Made by a program: the position numbers and the translations under genes. Shown piece after piece: positions 8,248 through 16,218 of a stretch of 58,472 nt of DNA. The DNA comes from a virus (taxonomy: Duplodnaviria > Caudoviricetes): the IMG/VR virus record IMGVR_UViG_3300043468_000545, positions 1 to 58,472 of that record; one strand, given 5' to 3'. The notes beneath the pieces were generated by a model. It ran no database searches. It saw nothing but the letters and a program-made list of their open reading frames with translations, and had not been told where the DNA came from. Position 1 is the stretch's first letter, and every line of letters begins with the position of its first letter.

Positions 8248-8560
8248 GCCGAGGTCGTTGAGAGACGAAATATAGGTTTCTTGGACGTGGGTGCGATTCC
8301 CACCGCCTCCACCATAGATACACTCCTTCCCGACTCGCCAGGTTGATTAATATCCCCTGTGGGAAGATACTGTGAAGCGAATAATGGTATTTGAGTGTAT
8401 CTATGATGGGGGCGCACAGGTTCGACGGGATACAGTAAGGTCGTTTTGAGATCAAGGTAATTATAAATGGCGCAAACGATAATGCTCCATTTGACTTCGC
8501 TCTAGCAGCGTAAGTTCATTGGGTTCTGCAAGTCTTACCTCGAAACAGAAAAGACTTGCC
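8248..8560 (+). ncRNA. ssrA: Circularly permuted two-piece tmRNA (alphaproteobacterial type)
   Basis: Acceptor piece first: T-arm GTGGG/TGCGATT/CCCAC at 8287-8303 and CGCCTCC-ACCA at 8304-8314; intervening segment 8315-8407; coding piece starts GGGGGCG at 8408 (G3:U70 alanine identity); tag ORF 8472-8513 ANDNAPFDFALAA*; CGAGGT 8250-8255 complements ACCTCG 8537-8542. Confidence 0.93.
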
Positions 8561-8565
8561 TTTCT
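8528..8565 (+). terminator. 3' hairpin or terminator of the tmRNA coding piece
   Basis: 9-bp stem GCAAGTCTT 8528-8536 / AAGACTTGC 8551-8559 followed by CTTTCT. Confidence 0.5.
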
Positions 8566-8584
8566 GATTGTACCATAGTATAAT
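8556..8584 (+). promoter_or_regulatory. Sigma70-type promoter for tRNA-Arg
   Basis: TTGCCT-N17-TATAAT, 9 nt upstream of the tRNA. Confidence 0.65.
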
Positions 8585-8593
8585 ACTAATAAT

Positions 8594-8670
8594 GGCTCCG
8601 TAGCTCAGCAGGATAGAGCAACAGACTTCTAATCTGTGGGTCGTACGTTCGAATCGTACCGGAGTCGCCA
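8594..8670 (+). tRNA. tRNA-Arg(UCU)
   Basis: Cloverleaf: GGCTCCG/CGGAGTC acceptor, GCTC/GAGC D-arm, ACAGA-CT-TCT-AA-TCTGT anticodon arm, GTACG-TTCGAAT-CGTAC T-arm, encoded CCA. Confidence 0.96.
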
Positions 8671-8688
8671 TTTCTTAGGAGAACTAAA

Positions 8689-8799
8689 ATGTCAAGACAC
8701 GATCACTGGTTTTGGAATAGTTCTTTCGTTAATGCTATCCACCAAAAGTTACTACACCTAACTTCTTACATCTGGAAGAAGCAGAATCACAACCACTGA
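8689..8799 (+). CDS. Small His/Trp-rich peptide (36 aa, not in track)
   Basis: MSRHDHWFWNSSFVNAIHQKLLHLTSYIWKKQNHNH; RBS AGGAGAACTAAAATG identical to that of the DUF932 gene. Confidence 0.55.
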   Translation: MSRHDHWFWNSSFVNAIHQKLLHLTSYIWKKQNHNH

Positions 8800-8815
8800 A
8801 ATCGGAGTATATATT

Positions 8816-9010
8816 ATGACTTATAGAGACGAACCTGGAATGGTTTTTTATGTAACATATCTGTTGATCGTTGTTTTTGCAATATATGGTTGGGTTTCGA
8901 ATATCCTTATCCTTTGGAATTCGTTTGATGCTCCTCTGACAGCTAAGACGATTGTTCGTGTTGCTGGCATTTTTGTAGCTCCTCTAGGAATTATTCTAGG
9001 TTATATCTAA
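8816..9010 (+). CDS. Small membrane protein with two TM segments
   Basis: Hydrophobic; GWVSNI...RVAGIFVAPLGIILGY; GGAG RBS. Confidence 0.65.
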   Translation: MTYRDEPGMVFYVTYLLIVVFAIYGWVSNILILWNSFDAPLTAKTIVRVAGIFVAPLGIILGYI

Positions 9011-9021
9011 AGGAATGTAGC

Positions 9022-9246
9022 TTGAAAAACTCTCGTCCTTCTTCGCTTTCGCAGATTTATAATCTGAAACATGCATTCGAATATGAATTGAATAATGTGT
9101 TAGCCTTTGAAGATAGACAGGAGTTTTTTAGAGTCATAAATTACTTTGAACAGAGAATTACAGAATTGAAAGAAGAAGAAAAACTATGCTTAAAAATTCA
9201 GGCTTCGTCGACGAAGTCGAAAAACTCTGCAGAGACAAAAATATAG
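9022..9246 (+). CDS. Hypothetical protein overlapping gp33
   Basis: TTG start after AAGGA. Confidence 0.5.
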   Translation: MKNSRPSSLSQIYNLKHAFEYELNNVLAFEDRQEFFRVINYFEQRITELKEEEKLCLKIQASSTKSKNSAETKI

Positions 9247-9404
9247 AATATATTGATGCTGTTGTTTTTTGGTGTCAGAAAAATAATCTAGAGGTAGAAA
9301 CTGCTGCATACTGGATCAGAAAAGACCCAGTGATGAAGTCTAAAATTCAGGTCGAGGCAGAAAATCTAAACATTTTAAAACGTGGAGCTAGACTTCCCAT
9401 ATAA
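9186..9404 (+). CDS. gp33: Late transcription co-activator gp33
   Basis: FVDEVEKL..YIDAVV.WC.KNNLEVE..KSKIQVEAENLNILK..RLPI; synteny with gp59 and gp32. Confidence 0.88.
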   Translation: MLKNSGFVDEVEKLCRDKNIEYIDAVVFWCQKNNLEVETAAYWIRKDPVMKSKIQVEAENLNILKRGARLPI

Positions 9405-9407
9405 ATA
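9400..9407 (+). promoter_or_regulatory. T4-type late promoter
   Basis: TATAAATA upstream of the HEXXH gene. Confidence 0.6.
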
Positions 9408-9435
9408 TTAGGTTCAACCATTGTTGGAGGCGTTT

Positions 9436-10005
9436 ATGCGTATAAAAACAATCGGTCGACCATCGCATGTATCCTTGGGGATAGTTAAAAAAGCAGCTTA
9501 TTTTTATGGTAAATATCTAATCGGAGGCGGGAAGCTCTTTAATAATATCCGTTTGACTGTTCAGTTTGAGCATTTTAACAAAAATGACGGAGATTATGCA
9601 TACTGCGATTGGACAGACGACAATAATAGTTGCAGAGAGTTTTTAATAGGTATTGACCATGCTTTGAGTAAAAAAGAAACTTTGCTTGCTCTTGCGCATG
9701 AAATGGTTCATCTTAAGCAATATGCTAAAGGCGAAATGAAAGATATTTGGCGTCCAGTTCGGATGGTAAAGTGGCAAGGCGAAAGATATCTACACGAAGA
9801 AATGGATTATTGGGAATGTCCCTGGGAAATTGAAGCGTATGGTCGAGAAAAAGGTCTATACTTCAAATTTCTGACTTATCTACAATATGGAGAACCTGAA
9901 GAATTATGTCGGCGTTCGAAGCATATAAAGAGTACATCGCCCTCAAAAACCACTTCTCAAAAAAAGACTACGACTACATCAAATACAATGGGAAGACAGG
10001 ATTAA
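9436..10005 (+). CDS. Zinc metallopeptidase-like protein (HEXXH)
   Basis: LAHEMVHLKQ plus downstream PWEIEAY; ATG 9436 after GGAGG. Confidence 0.75.
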   Translation: MRIKTIGRPSHVSLGIVKKAAYFYGKYLIGGGKLFNNIRLTVQFEHFNKNDGDYAYCDWTDDNNSCREFLIGIDHALSKKETLLALAHEMVHLKQYAKGEMKDIWRPVRMVKWQGERYLHEEMDYWECPWEIEAYGREKGLYFKFLTYLQYGEPEELCRRSKHIKSTSPSKTTSQKKTTTTSNTMGRQD

Positions 10006-10481
10006 AACCAGCTTCATTTGAGAAGCGAAAAGACAAGATTTTCTTTGAGAAACTTTCAAAGATTGAGAATTATCATGAGTTTCTTATAGCTAATCTTAGT
10101 AATAATCCGAAGTTGTGGATACGTGATCTAGCTTATTCTGAAGTAGCGCAGTCCACATACCAAAATTGGAAAAAGCGAAACCAATCTCTAACATATAATT
10201 TTAAAAACGATTTCAAGAAAATATTAGAAGAACCAGGAGGGCAGCAACATCCAGCCGCCCTTCGATTATATCTTGGTAACCAGATCAGTTTAGAGTCTTT
10301 TTGTATCTTTGTTAAAATGACAAAGGCGATCATTTATTGGGACTCTAAACTTGAATATGACCCAATATGGGAAGATATCCGATTGAGGGTTGTAAAATAT
10401 ACTCCATTCATCAAATTTGATTATGAGAAAGTTAAGCAGACAATGCTTGACATGATGAATGATATGGAGTATACTAAATAA
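9906..10481 (+). CDS. gp59: Helicase loader gp59
   Basis: AFEAYKEYIALKNHF..YDYIKYNGK..FEKRKDKIFFEKL..ISLESF..KYTPF; directly upstream of gp32. Confidence 0.9.
   Translation: MSAFEAYKEYIALKNHFSKKDYDYIKYNGKTGLKPASFEKRKDKIFFEKLSKIENYHEFLIANLSNNPKLWIRDLAYSEVAQSTYQNWKKRNQSLTYNFKNDFKKILEEPGGQQHPAALRLYLGNQISLESFCIFVKMTKAIIYWDSKLEYDPIWEDIRLRVVKYTPFIKFDYEKVKQTMLDMMNDMEYTK
10447..10475 (+). promoter_or_regulatory. Sigma70-type promoter for gp32
   Basis: TTGACA-N17-TATACT, overlapped by a late-like CTAAATA. Confidence 0.7.
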
Positions 10482-10542
10482 TGGCGGGTGATACAAATGC
10501 CCAACATACAATTGTTATACACTGTAATACGGAGAAATACAC

Positions 10543-11451
10543 ATGGTAGATTTTAAGTCCCTCAAAGCAGCTTCTGGTAAGAAGTCTCTCGAAACACTAA
10601 CAGCAGAACTAAACAAGATTTCAGGCGGCGAAGGTAAAGGATCTGATGATCGTTTCTGGTCGCCCACAGTCGATAAGGCTGGAAATGGTTACGCTGTAAT
10701 TCGTTTTCTTCCCCCGCCAAACAACGAAGATGTTCCTTTCGTACGTTTGTTTGATCATGGTTTCCAGGGTCCAGGCGGATGGTATATTGAAAATTCACTA
10801 ACAACTCTTGGTAAGAACGATCCAGTTTCTGAATATAATTCTAAGCTATGGAACTCTGGAATCGAAGCTAATAAGGAAATTGCTCGTAAGCAGAAGCGTC
10901 GCCTTCATTTTATCAGCAATGTCTACGTTGTTAGCGACCAGGGTAATCCAGCAAATGAAGGTAAGGTTTTCCTTTATAAGTATGGAAAGAAGATTTTTGA
11001 TAAGCTGAAGGAAGCAATGGAGCCACAGTTTGCTGACGAAGAAGCAATCAATCCATTCGATATGTGGGCTGGCGCTAATTTCAAGCTGAAGATTCGTAAT
11101 CTAGAGGGTTATCGTAATTATGATAAGTCAGAGTTTGATAAGCCAGGTCCTCTTCTTAAGGATGACGAAGAGCTAGAAAAGGTTTGGAAGAGCGAACATT
11201 CTCTTCAGGAATTCCTAGATCCTAAGAACTTCAAGTCTTATGAAGAGCTACAGTCTCGTTTGTCAAAGGTTCTGGCTGAAGATTCTGCTCCTGCAAAGCG
11301 TAAGGCAGCTGAGAATACTGAAGTTCCTTGGCAGGAAGAAGAAGCTGCTCCTAAGTTTAAGGCATCTAGTACGCCAATTTATTCTAGCGATGAATTGGAA
11401 GAAGATGATGATGAGTCGTTAAAGTTTTTCAAGAACCTTGCTAATGACTAA
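10543..11451 (+). CDS. gp32: Single-stranded DNA-binding protein gp32
   Basis: DDRFW.P.VDKAGNGYAVIRFLP, HGFQGPGGWYIENS, YKYGKKIFDK, GANFKLKI, NYDKSEF; acidic tail; lacks the Zn-binding cysteines of T4 gp32. Confidence 0.97.
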   Translation: MVDFKSLKAASGKKSLETLTAELNKISGGEGKGSDDRFWSPTVDKAGNGYAVIRFLPPPNNEDVPFVRLFDHGFQGPGGWYIENSLTTLGKNDPVSEYNSKLWNSGIEANKEIARKQKRRLHFISNVYVVSDQGNPANEGKVFLYKYGKKIFDKLKEAMEPQFADEEAINPFDMWAGANFKLKIRNLEGYRNYDKSEFDKPGPLLKDDEELEKVWKSEHSLQEFLDPKNFKSYEELQSRLSKVLAEDSAPAKRKAAENTEVPWQEEEAAPKFKASSTPIYSSDELEEDDDESLKFFKNLAND

Positions 11452-11455
11452 AGCG

Positions 11456-11481
11456 AAAGGGGCCAAATTGGCCCCTTTTTT
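11456..11481. terminator. Bidirectional intrinsic terminator
   Basis: AAAGGGGCCA-AAT-TGGCCCCTTTTTT between convergent gp32 and 11483..13573. Confidence 0.85.
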
Positions 11482-11482
11482 A

Positions 11483-13573
11483 TTAACCCCACATGTTCTT
11501 TTTGTAATTCTTCATTTCTTTCCAATGATTACCACCAATCATTTCAGCCCAATCTGGCCATCCAACATCATATGTGCCATTGTAACCACCAGCGCTGATA
11601 TTACTACTGTTATTAACAATGGTGGAAGATGGAGTAGATTGTTGACCAAATATAGAAGCAAGTATTTCAGATATTGGTTCTTGTTGCGCAATTTCTTGTT
11701 GAACTTGATTTGTTACAGCAGCTTGTTTAAGAACCTGAGCGTTTTCTGTAGATCTACTTAATTGTTCTAGTATTTGTGTACTAGATAACTGTTGTGATTG
11801 TGGTTGTTCTGCTTGTTGTTGTGGAGCGATCGCTGCAGCTTCTTCTTGAGCTGATTGTAATTGACCCATCATTGCTGACGCTGCAGCTGCAGCCATAGGA
11901 TTCATTCCTGTCATCATCATTGTCATTTGCTCTGGGGTCAAACCTGCAGCAGTTCCAGGCATTGCCTGTGTCATTGCAACTGGAGTTGCAGTCTGTTGTG
12001 GCGAATAACCTGAACCTGGAGTTGTTGCAGATGGTTCTGCTCCAGGCGTTGTTTGACCACCTATTACAGAATGACCGCCTTTGATGCCTTTACCACCTAT
12101 TTGAGCGTGGATATGATTGTCATGACCTTTGGTTCTCCATAGAACAGTGTATCCAGCAGCTTGAATTTGTTTTGCTAATTCGTCAAATCTCTTGCCCCAA
12201 ACAGGATCATTTGCCTCAACTACAGAGCCAGGAGCGTTGATATCAATTGCCATTCCGTCATTATGTGCAGAACCTGGATGATGTTGCTCTGGATGAACGC
12301 CACCAAATGCTGGGTGTTCTGAAACTCTTATCCCTTGCGCTTGTAGTGCTTTACCTAAAGCAAGTATATCGCCACCGGGTAGAGGAGACATTTTACCGAC
12401 ACCAGCTTCTTTTTCGTTATGACTATGTTCAGCCGCACCACTTATTGGGCCATGCCCATGTTCTCCGCCAATTTTTTCAACTCTAGAAACGCTTTCAGAA
12501 GAAACTGGTGGTTGTTCAAACTTAGATTGCATTGGAGAAGATTGAGGAGTAGCGGATCCGCTGCTGGTTGGCGCATTAGTTTCTGTTTTGCCACCTATAG
12601 CTTTTTCTACGGCGGCAACGTTTCCTGCTCTTCTTGAAGCTTCTCCAGCTTGATCTCTTGGTTTTTCAAATTTATAAACAAATTGAGCAGCCGCTTCTTG
12701 GCCGCTAGAAACTGGAGTTTTTAAATAAGACTTCATTTCACGTTCAGTCAGAGCATAATCAATTTGTCCCTTCCAATTTTTCTGCCAGTCCGGACCAGCT
12801 GCTCTAGTCATATCAGTGAATCTATGTTCACCAGTTCTTAAATTATCATGATGTTGGAACAAACCACCTGATGGACCATTAACGTCGTTGCGATTATATG
12901 CGCCTGAATTAAATCTTGATTCGTTTTGTATATTAGCCAGCATTCCCACAGCGTGTTCGTGATCAATACCCTTTTCTTTTGTCAGATAGCTGTATATGTC
13001 CTTTGCCATAACAGGATTGCTTACCTGTTTAACACCACCAGCAGCACCTAGTCCTCCACCACCGCCACCTGCACCACCACCAGTCATATAATCCATAGCA
13101 GTTTTACCTGCGCCAAAAGCCAATCCGCCCATAGCTAAAGCACCAATACCTTTAACTATGGACATAGCTGTTCCGCTAAGACCAGTTAAAATACCTGGTA
13201 ATAAACTTTGTCCAATTGAGCTTTGTAGGTCTTGATTTAATCTAAAGATACTATTATCAACGTTTGATATTCCTCTGGCCATATTTTTGATGCCAGTAGC
13301 CATATCATGTATGCCAGAATTTATGTCTTGAAGCTCTGATTGAATTGCTTGTAGTGTAGAAGAATTTCTTTCAGATACGCCCTCGTTTTCTTGTAGAACA
13401 TTTTGAAGATCATTGAGATCCTGTCGCTGCGCCTTAATGGCAGCAGCAATAGTTCCCATAATCTTGGCTAGATTAGCATTTCCTCTTTCCGCAGCTTCTC
13501 TGAATTGACCAGCTGATTCGCCCATTGAAGAACGAATTACACCGGAGAGTTGCGAAAGTTCTGCTTGATTCAT
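11483..13573 (-). CDS. Tape-measure/baseplate-hub-like protein (gp29 position) with tail-lysozyme and M15-like peptidase domains
   Basis: N-terminal coiled coil and hydrophobic Gly-rich segment; AVGMLANIQNESRFN..GLFQ lysozyme motif; SAHNDGMAID..HDNHIH Zn-peptidase motif; follows gp26/gp51. Confidence 0.7.
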   Translation of the reverse strand: MNQAELSQLSGVIRSSMGESAGQFREAAERGNANLAKIMGTIAAAIKAQRQDLNDLQNVLQENEGVSERNSSTLQAIQSELQDINSGIHDMATGIKNMARGISNVDNSIFRLNQDLQSSIGQSLLPGILTGLSGTAMSIVKGIGALAMGGLAFGAGKTAMDYMTGGGAGGGGGGLGAAGGVKQVSNPVMAKDIYSYLTKEKGIDHEHAVGMLANIQNESRFNSGAYNRNDVNGPSGGLFQHHDNLRTGEHRFTDMTRAAGPDWQKNWKGQIDYALTEREMKSYLKTPVSSGQEAAAQFVYKFEKPRDQAGEASRRAGNVAAVEKAIGGKTETNAPTSSGSATPQSSPMQSKFEQPPVSSESVSRVEKIGGEHGHGPISGAAEHSHNEKEAGVGKMSPLPGGDILALGKALQAQGIRVSEHPAFGGVHPEQHHPGSAHNDGMAIDINAPGSVVEANDPVWGKRFDELAKQIQAAGYTVLWRTKGHDNHIHAQIGGKGIKGGHSVIGGQTTPGAEPSATTPGSGYSPQQTATPVAMTQAMPGTAAGLTPEQMTMMMTGMNPMAAAAASAMMGQLQSAQEEAAAIAPQQQAEQPQSQQLSSTQILEQLSRSTENAQVLKQAAVTNQVQQEIAQQEPISEILASIFGQQSTPSSTIVNNSSNISAGGYNGTYDVGWPDWAEMIGGNHWKEMKNYKKNMWG

Positions 13574-13753
13574 TTATTTGCTCTTATTTTTGAGTTCTTC
13601 TACTTCTTTAAGATAATCAACTAACATCTGAACATAGATATCTCTTTCAAATGGCATAAGATGTTCAATCTCACTAATTGAATATTTATGGTGCTGGGCC
13701 AATGAAAATATCGTTGAGAAATAGTTACCCAACGAATTATGACTCAGCGCCAT
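13574..13753 (-). CDS. gp51: Baseplate hub assembly catalyst gp51 (59 aa, not in track)
   Basis: Hand-translated MALSHNSLGNYFSTIFSLAQHHKYSISEIEHLMPFERDIYVQMLVDYLKE...; matches the HHKYS..EIE.MMPWER.IY pattern. Confidence 0.85.
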   Translation of the reverse strand: MALSHNSLGNYFSTIFSLAQHHKYSISEIEHLMPFERDIYVQMLVDYLKEVEELKNKSK

Positions 13754-14457
13754 GTAAAAAAATCGTTTAACGAATTCAAAACAATCTCTCGTTTTGTCCC
13801 TGATGTGTTTTCATATTTAATTACATATTCGATCTTAGGAATATTAAGCAAAAACTTCTGAATTTCTTCAAAAACCTTAATATTAAGGTTTTCTAGAAAG
13901 TCTACTAGATCCTGTTTTTTGTAATCATTTGCTTTATAGATCTGATCTTCGTAATAAATTGAATCAATGCATCGAACTATGAGCTCAAATATGTAATCTT
14001 TCTCTAAACTCAAAAATTCTTTGTCGTCGTAAAGTTTTGCAGACGGATATTTCATAACAATACCCGAATTTTCAGTAATTTTTATGTTATTAATGATTTT
14101 TTCCGGAAATTTTACTTCAATTTTATTGAGATCTATATCAAAATCGTACGTTTTACCGTCTTCAGAATCTTTGTATGAGACTTTTACGATATTATCTACT
14201 GAAATTGATCTTAATTTAAGAAAAATATACTCAAGATCAAAGAGTGCTAGCTTATCGATATCAAATTTAGAATCAATAGAACAATTATTGATTATTTGTT
14301 TGATCGCAGATAAAATATCTGTTGCTTGTTCGCTTTCTTTGGCCATTAATAATAATTTTTCTTCTTTGACCAAGAAAGGTCTAAACTGAAATTCTTTTTT
14401 CAAAGAAGGAATATTTACTCTGTGAACTGGATAATCAATTTTAGGCAATGATGACAT
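13744..14457 (-). CDS. gp26: Baseplate hub protein gp26
   Basis: LPKIDYP..FRPFLVKEEKLLLMA..FDLEYIFLKLRSISV..MKYPS..LNDFF. Confidence 0.9.
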   Translation of the reverse strand: MSSLPKIDYPVHRVNIPSLKKEFQFRPFLVKEEKLLLMAKESEQATDILSAIKQIINNCSIDSKFDIDKLALFDLEYIFLKLRSISVDNIVKVSYKDSEDGKTYDFDIDLNKIEVKFPEKIINNIKITENSGIVMKYPSAKLYDDKEFLSLEKDYIFELIVRCIDSIYYEDQIYKANDYKKQDLVDFLENLNIKVFEEIQKFLLNIPKIEYVIKYENTSGTKREIVLNSLNDFFTWR

Positions 14458-14472
14458 ATTTAAACTCCACTA

Positions 14473-15165
14473 TCATTGAAACGAACGATTTGGATTCAAC
14501 CCAACTTCTATACTTTCTAGTTCTCTTGCTGTCGATAAACCGCCAGATTGCGAACGTGTTCTTATAATTGTTGAACCCTCAATTGTATATTCTGTATAAG
14601 CTAAAGAAACATTAATTCTCATTAAATTACCATCACCCCAAGAAAGCGGTATTTCTCTTAAAGCTGTGGGAAAGGCTTCAAATAAATTAATTTTCTGAAT
14701 TATATTCCCATAATGATCGTAAATTACAATTACTATTGTTGAAGAATATTGATCTTTGTATTCGGCTGTATATGTTGGCGCTTGACCGGCAGAAGTACCA
14801 CTATATTGGAAAACAGATCTAGTCCATTGATACCAATATTGCCAAAATTCGCAAAAATGGTCGCCAATAATTGAAATGTTAATTTCTTGGTACTGGGCGT
14901 TTGTTGGTTTCTTTTGGGTTGGTCCTATGCCATAATGATTGATATCTGAAGATATTAAAGAAATTCCAGGAGCTCTAACTTGATCAATTCTGAACGACAT
15001 ATTTTCAGATATTTGTCTGAATGATGCTGGAGTGCCCTGATTACCCAAAGCTCCACCATTTTGTGTCATAACTGGAGGCGTTTGAACAAACACCTCAAAA
15101 GAGTTATTATCTAGGTATCCAAAATCTCTGATATTGGTTGAAAACTTGTTTATGTTAAAAGCCAT
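14473..15165 (-). CDS. Tail tube initiator gp54-like (gp19 fold)
   Basis: Tube-fold motifs PG.SL, W..W, YKDQY, LFEAFP..L.W; position between gp2 and gp26. Confidence 0.7.
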   Translation of the reverse strand: MAFNINKFSTNIRDFGYLDNNSFEVFVQTPPVMTQNGGALGNQGTPASFRQISENMSFRIDQVRAPGISLISSDINHYGIGPTQKKPTNAQYQEINISIIGDHFCEFWQYWYQWTRSVFQYSGTSAGQAPTYTAEYKDQYSSTIVIVIYDHYGNIIQKINLFEAFPTALREIPLSWGDGNLMRINVSLAYTEYTIEGSTIIRTRSQSGGLSTARELESIEVGLNPNRSFQ

Positions 15166-15173
15166 TTTAGTTC

Positions 15174-15749
15174 CTAATAAGGTGGTGAACCAGCATATCT
15201 TTTATTTGAGTTTATCTTCCATCTATGAATTGGCAATACAGCAGCTTTTTCCCAATTAGATGGGTCAACTTCATGAAACGAACTTCTAACATGACTGTAA
15301 AGATATCTTTTTATACACCCATCAACGCCTTTGAATACGTTTGAATAACCTCTTAAAATTTCGTAAGATAAACTAAGTCTTTTATTCATTTTATATTTAT
15401 TTTCGTCAGTGAATTCTACTAGAGAATTTAATAGTCTAATTCTTGCTAATGCAGGTAGATAATGAAGATTGATGCCTAAAAACCCATCCATATACATTTC
15501 AACAGGCATAGTCAATGGAAACATATCATAAAACGGAAGGGTCGCTTTGTATTTTGGATCATACAAATAAAGATACATTCCTCCTATTTGAGGCATTGAC
15601 GTCTTTTTAAAATATTTGTTTGGATTTGCTTTGGTTTTATTTGATTTTAGATCTTCAACAGAATCATTAAACCAATCTTCGGCTGAAGTAGATTTATCTG
15701 CTAAAGCTCGAGCGGAGGCTCTTAGGAGGTCGTTGAACGTATTTGGCAT
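15174..15749 (-). CDS. gp2: DNA end protector gp2
   Basis: GGMYLYLYDPKYKATLPFYDMFPL..FLGINLHYLP..CIKRYL.SHVRS. Confidence 0.92.
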   Translation of the reverse strand: MPNTFNDLLRASARALADKSTSAEDWFNDSVEDLKSNKTKANPNKYFKKTSMPQIGGMYLYLYDPKYKATLPFYDMFPLTMPVEMYMDGFLGINLHYLPALARIRLLNSLVEFTDENKYKMNKRLSLSYEILRGYSNVFKGVDGCIKRYLYSHVRSSFHEVDPSNWEKAAVLPIHRWKINSNKRYAGSPPY

Positions 15750-16204
15750 TAATAACCTTTCGGTAATCCTAGTTCGTTTTCTGTCATGATTATGAAATCA
15801 AACCCTCTGTCTTTGCAATATTCACGAGCAGCTTTCCATTTGGCCGAATTTACACCCCAAGTCATAACTTCATTGATATATTTTCGACTTTTCTTTTTAT
15901 TTTCAGTTATAGTTGGTGGTTGAGTTTGTTTAAAAGGTTTTACCTCTATCAGCACGGTCTTGGTTCCACCATCATGTTTATTCATCTTTGCAGTAAAATC
16001 AACATAATATCGATGTATTCTATTATCAATAGGAGATCTATATGGTATTATGGTCTCTTCAGAAGACCACCATATTATGTTAGGATCAACATCAAATCGA
16101 CTCATTACTAATAATTCCCATCGAGAACGATAAATAATGTTGGTTGGATCGCCTTTGTATTTTTGAGGATTCCTAGGTTTAAAATAACCTTGATACTTAG
16201 CCAT
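15749..16204 (-). CDS. gp4: Head completion nuclease gp4
   Basis: YQGYFKPRNPQKYKGDPTNIIYRSRWE..WSSEE..HRYYVDF..IEVKP..NSAKWKAA. Confidence 0.92.
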   Translation of the reverse strand: MAKYQGYFKPRNPQKYKGDPTNIIYRSRWELLVMSRFDVDPNIIWWSSEETIIPYRSPIDNRIHRYYVDFTAKMNKHDGGTKTVLIEVKPFKQTQPPTITENKKKSRKYINEVMTWGVNSAKWKAAREYCKDRGFDFIIMTENELGLPKGY

Positions 16205-16218
16205 GTTCTGTCGTCACT

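Noticed and set aside
8193-8455. Minus-strand ORFs 8193..8417 and 8234..8455
   Set aside because: They are antisense shadows of the tmRNA; MVEAVGIAPTS is the reverse complement of the T-arm and CCA end
15749-16204. TnsA-like nuclease as a transposase or homing endonuclease
   Set aside because: Sequence and synteny with gp2 identify it as head completion protein gp4
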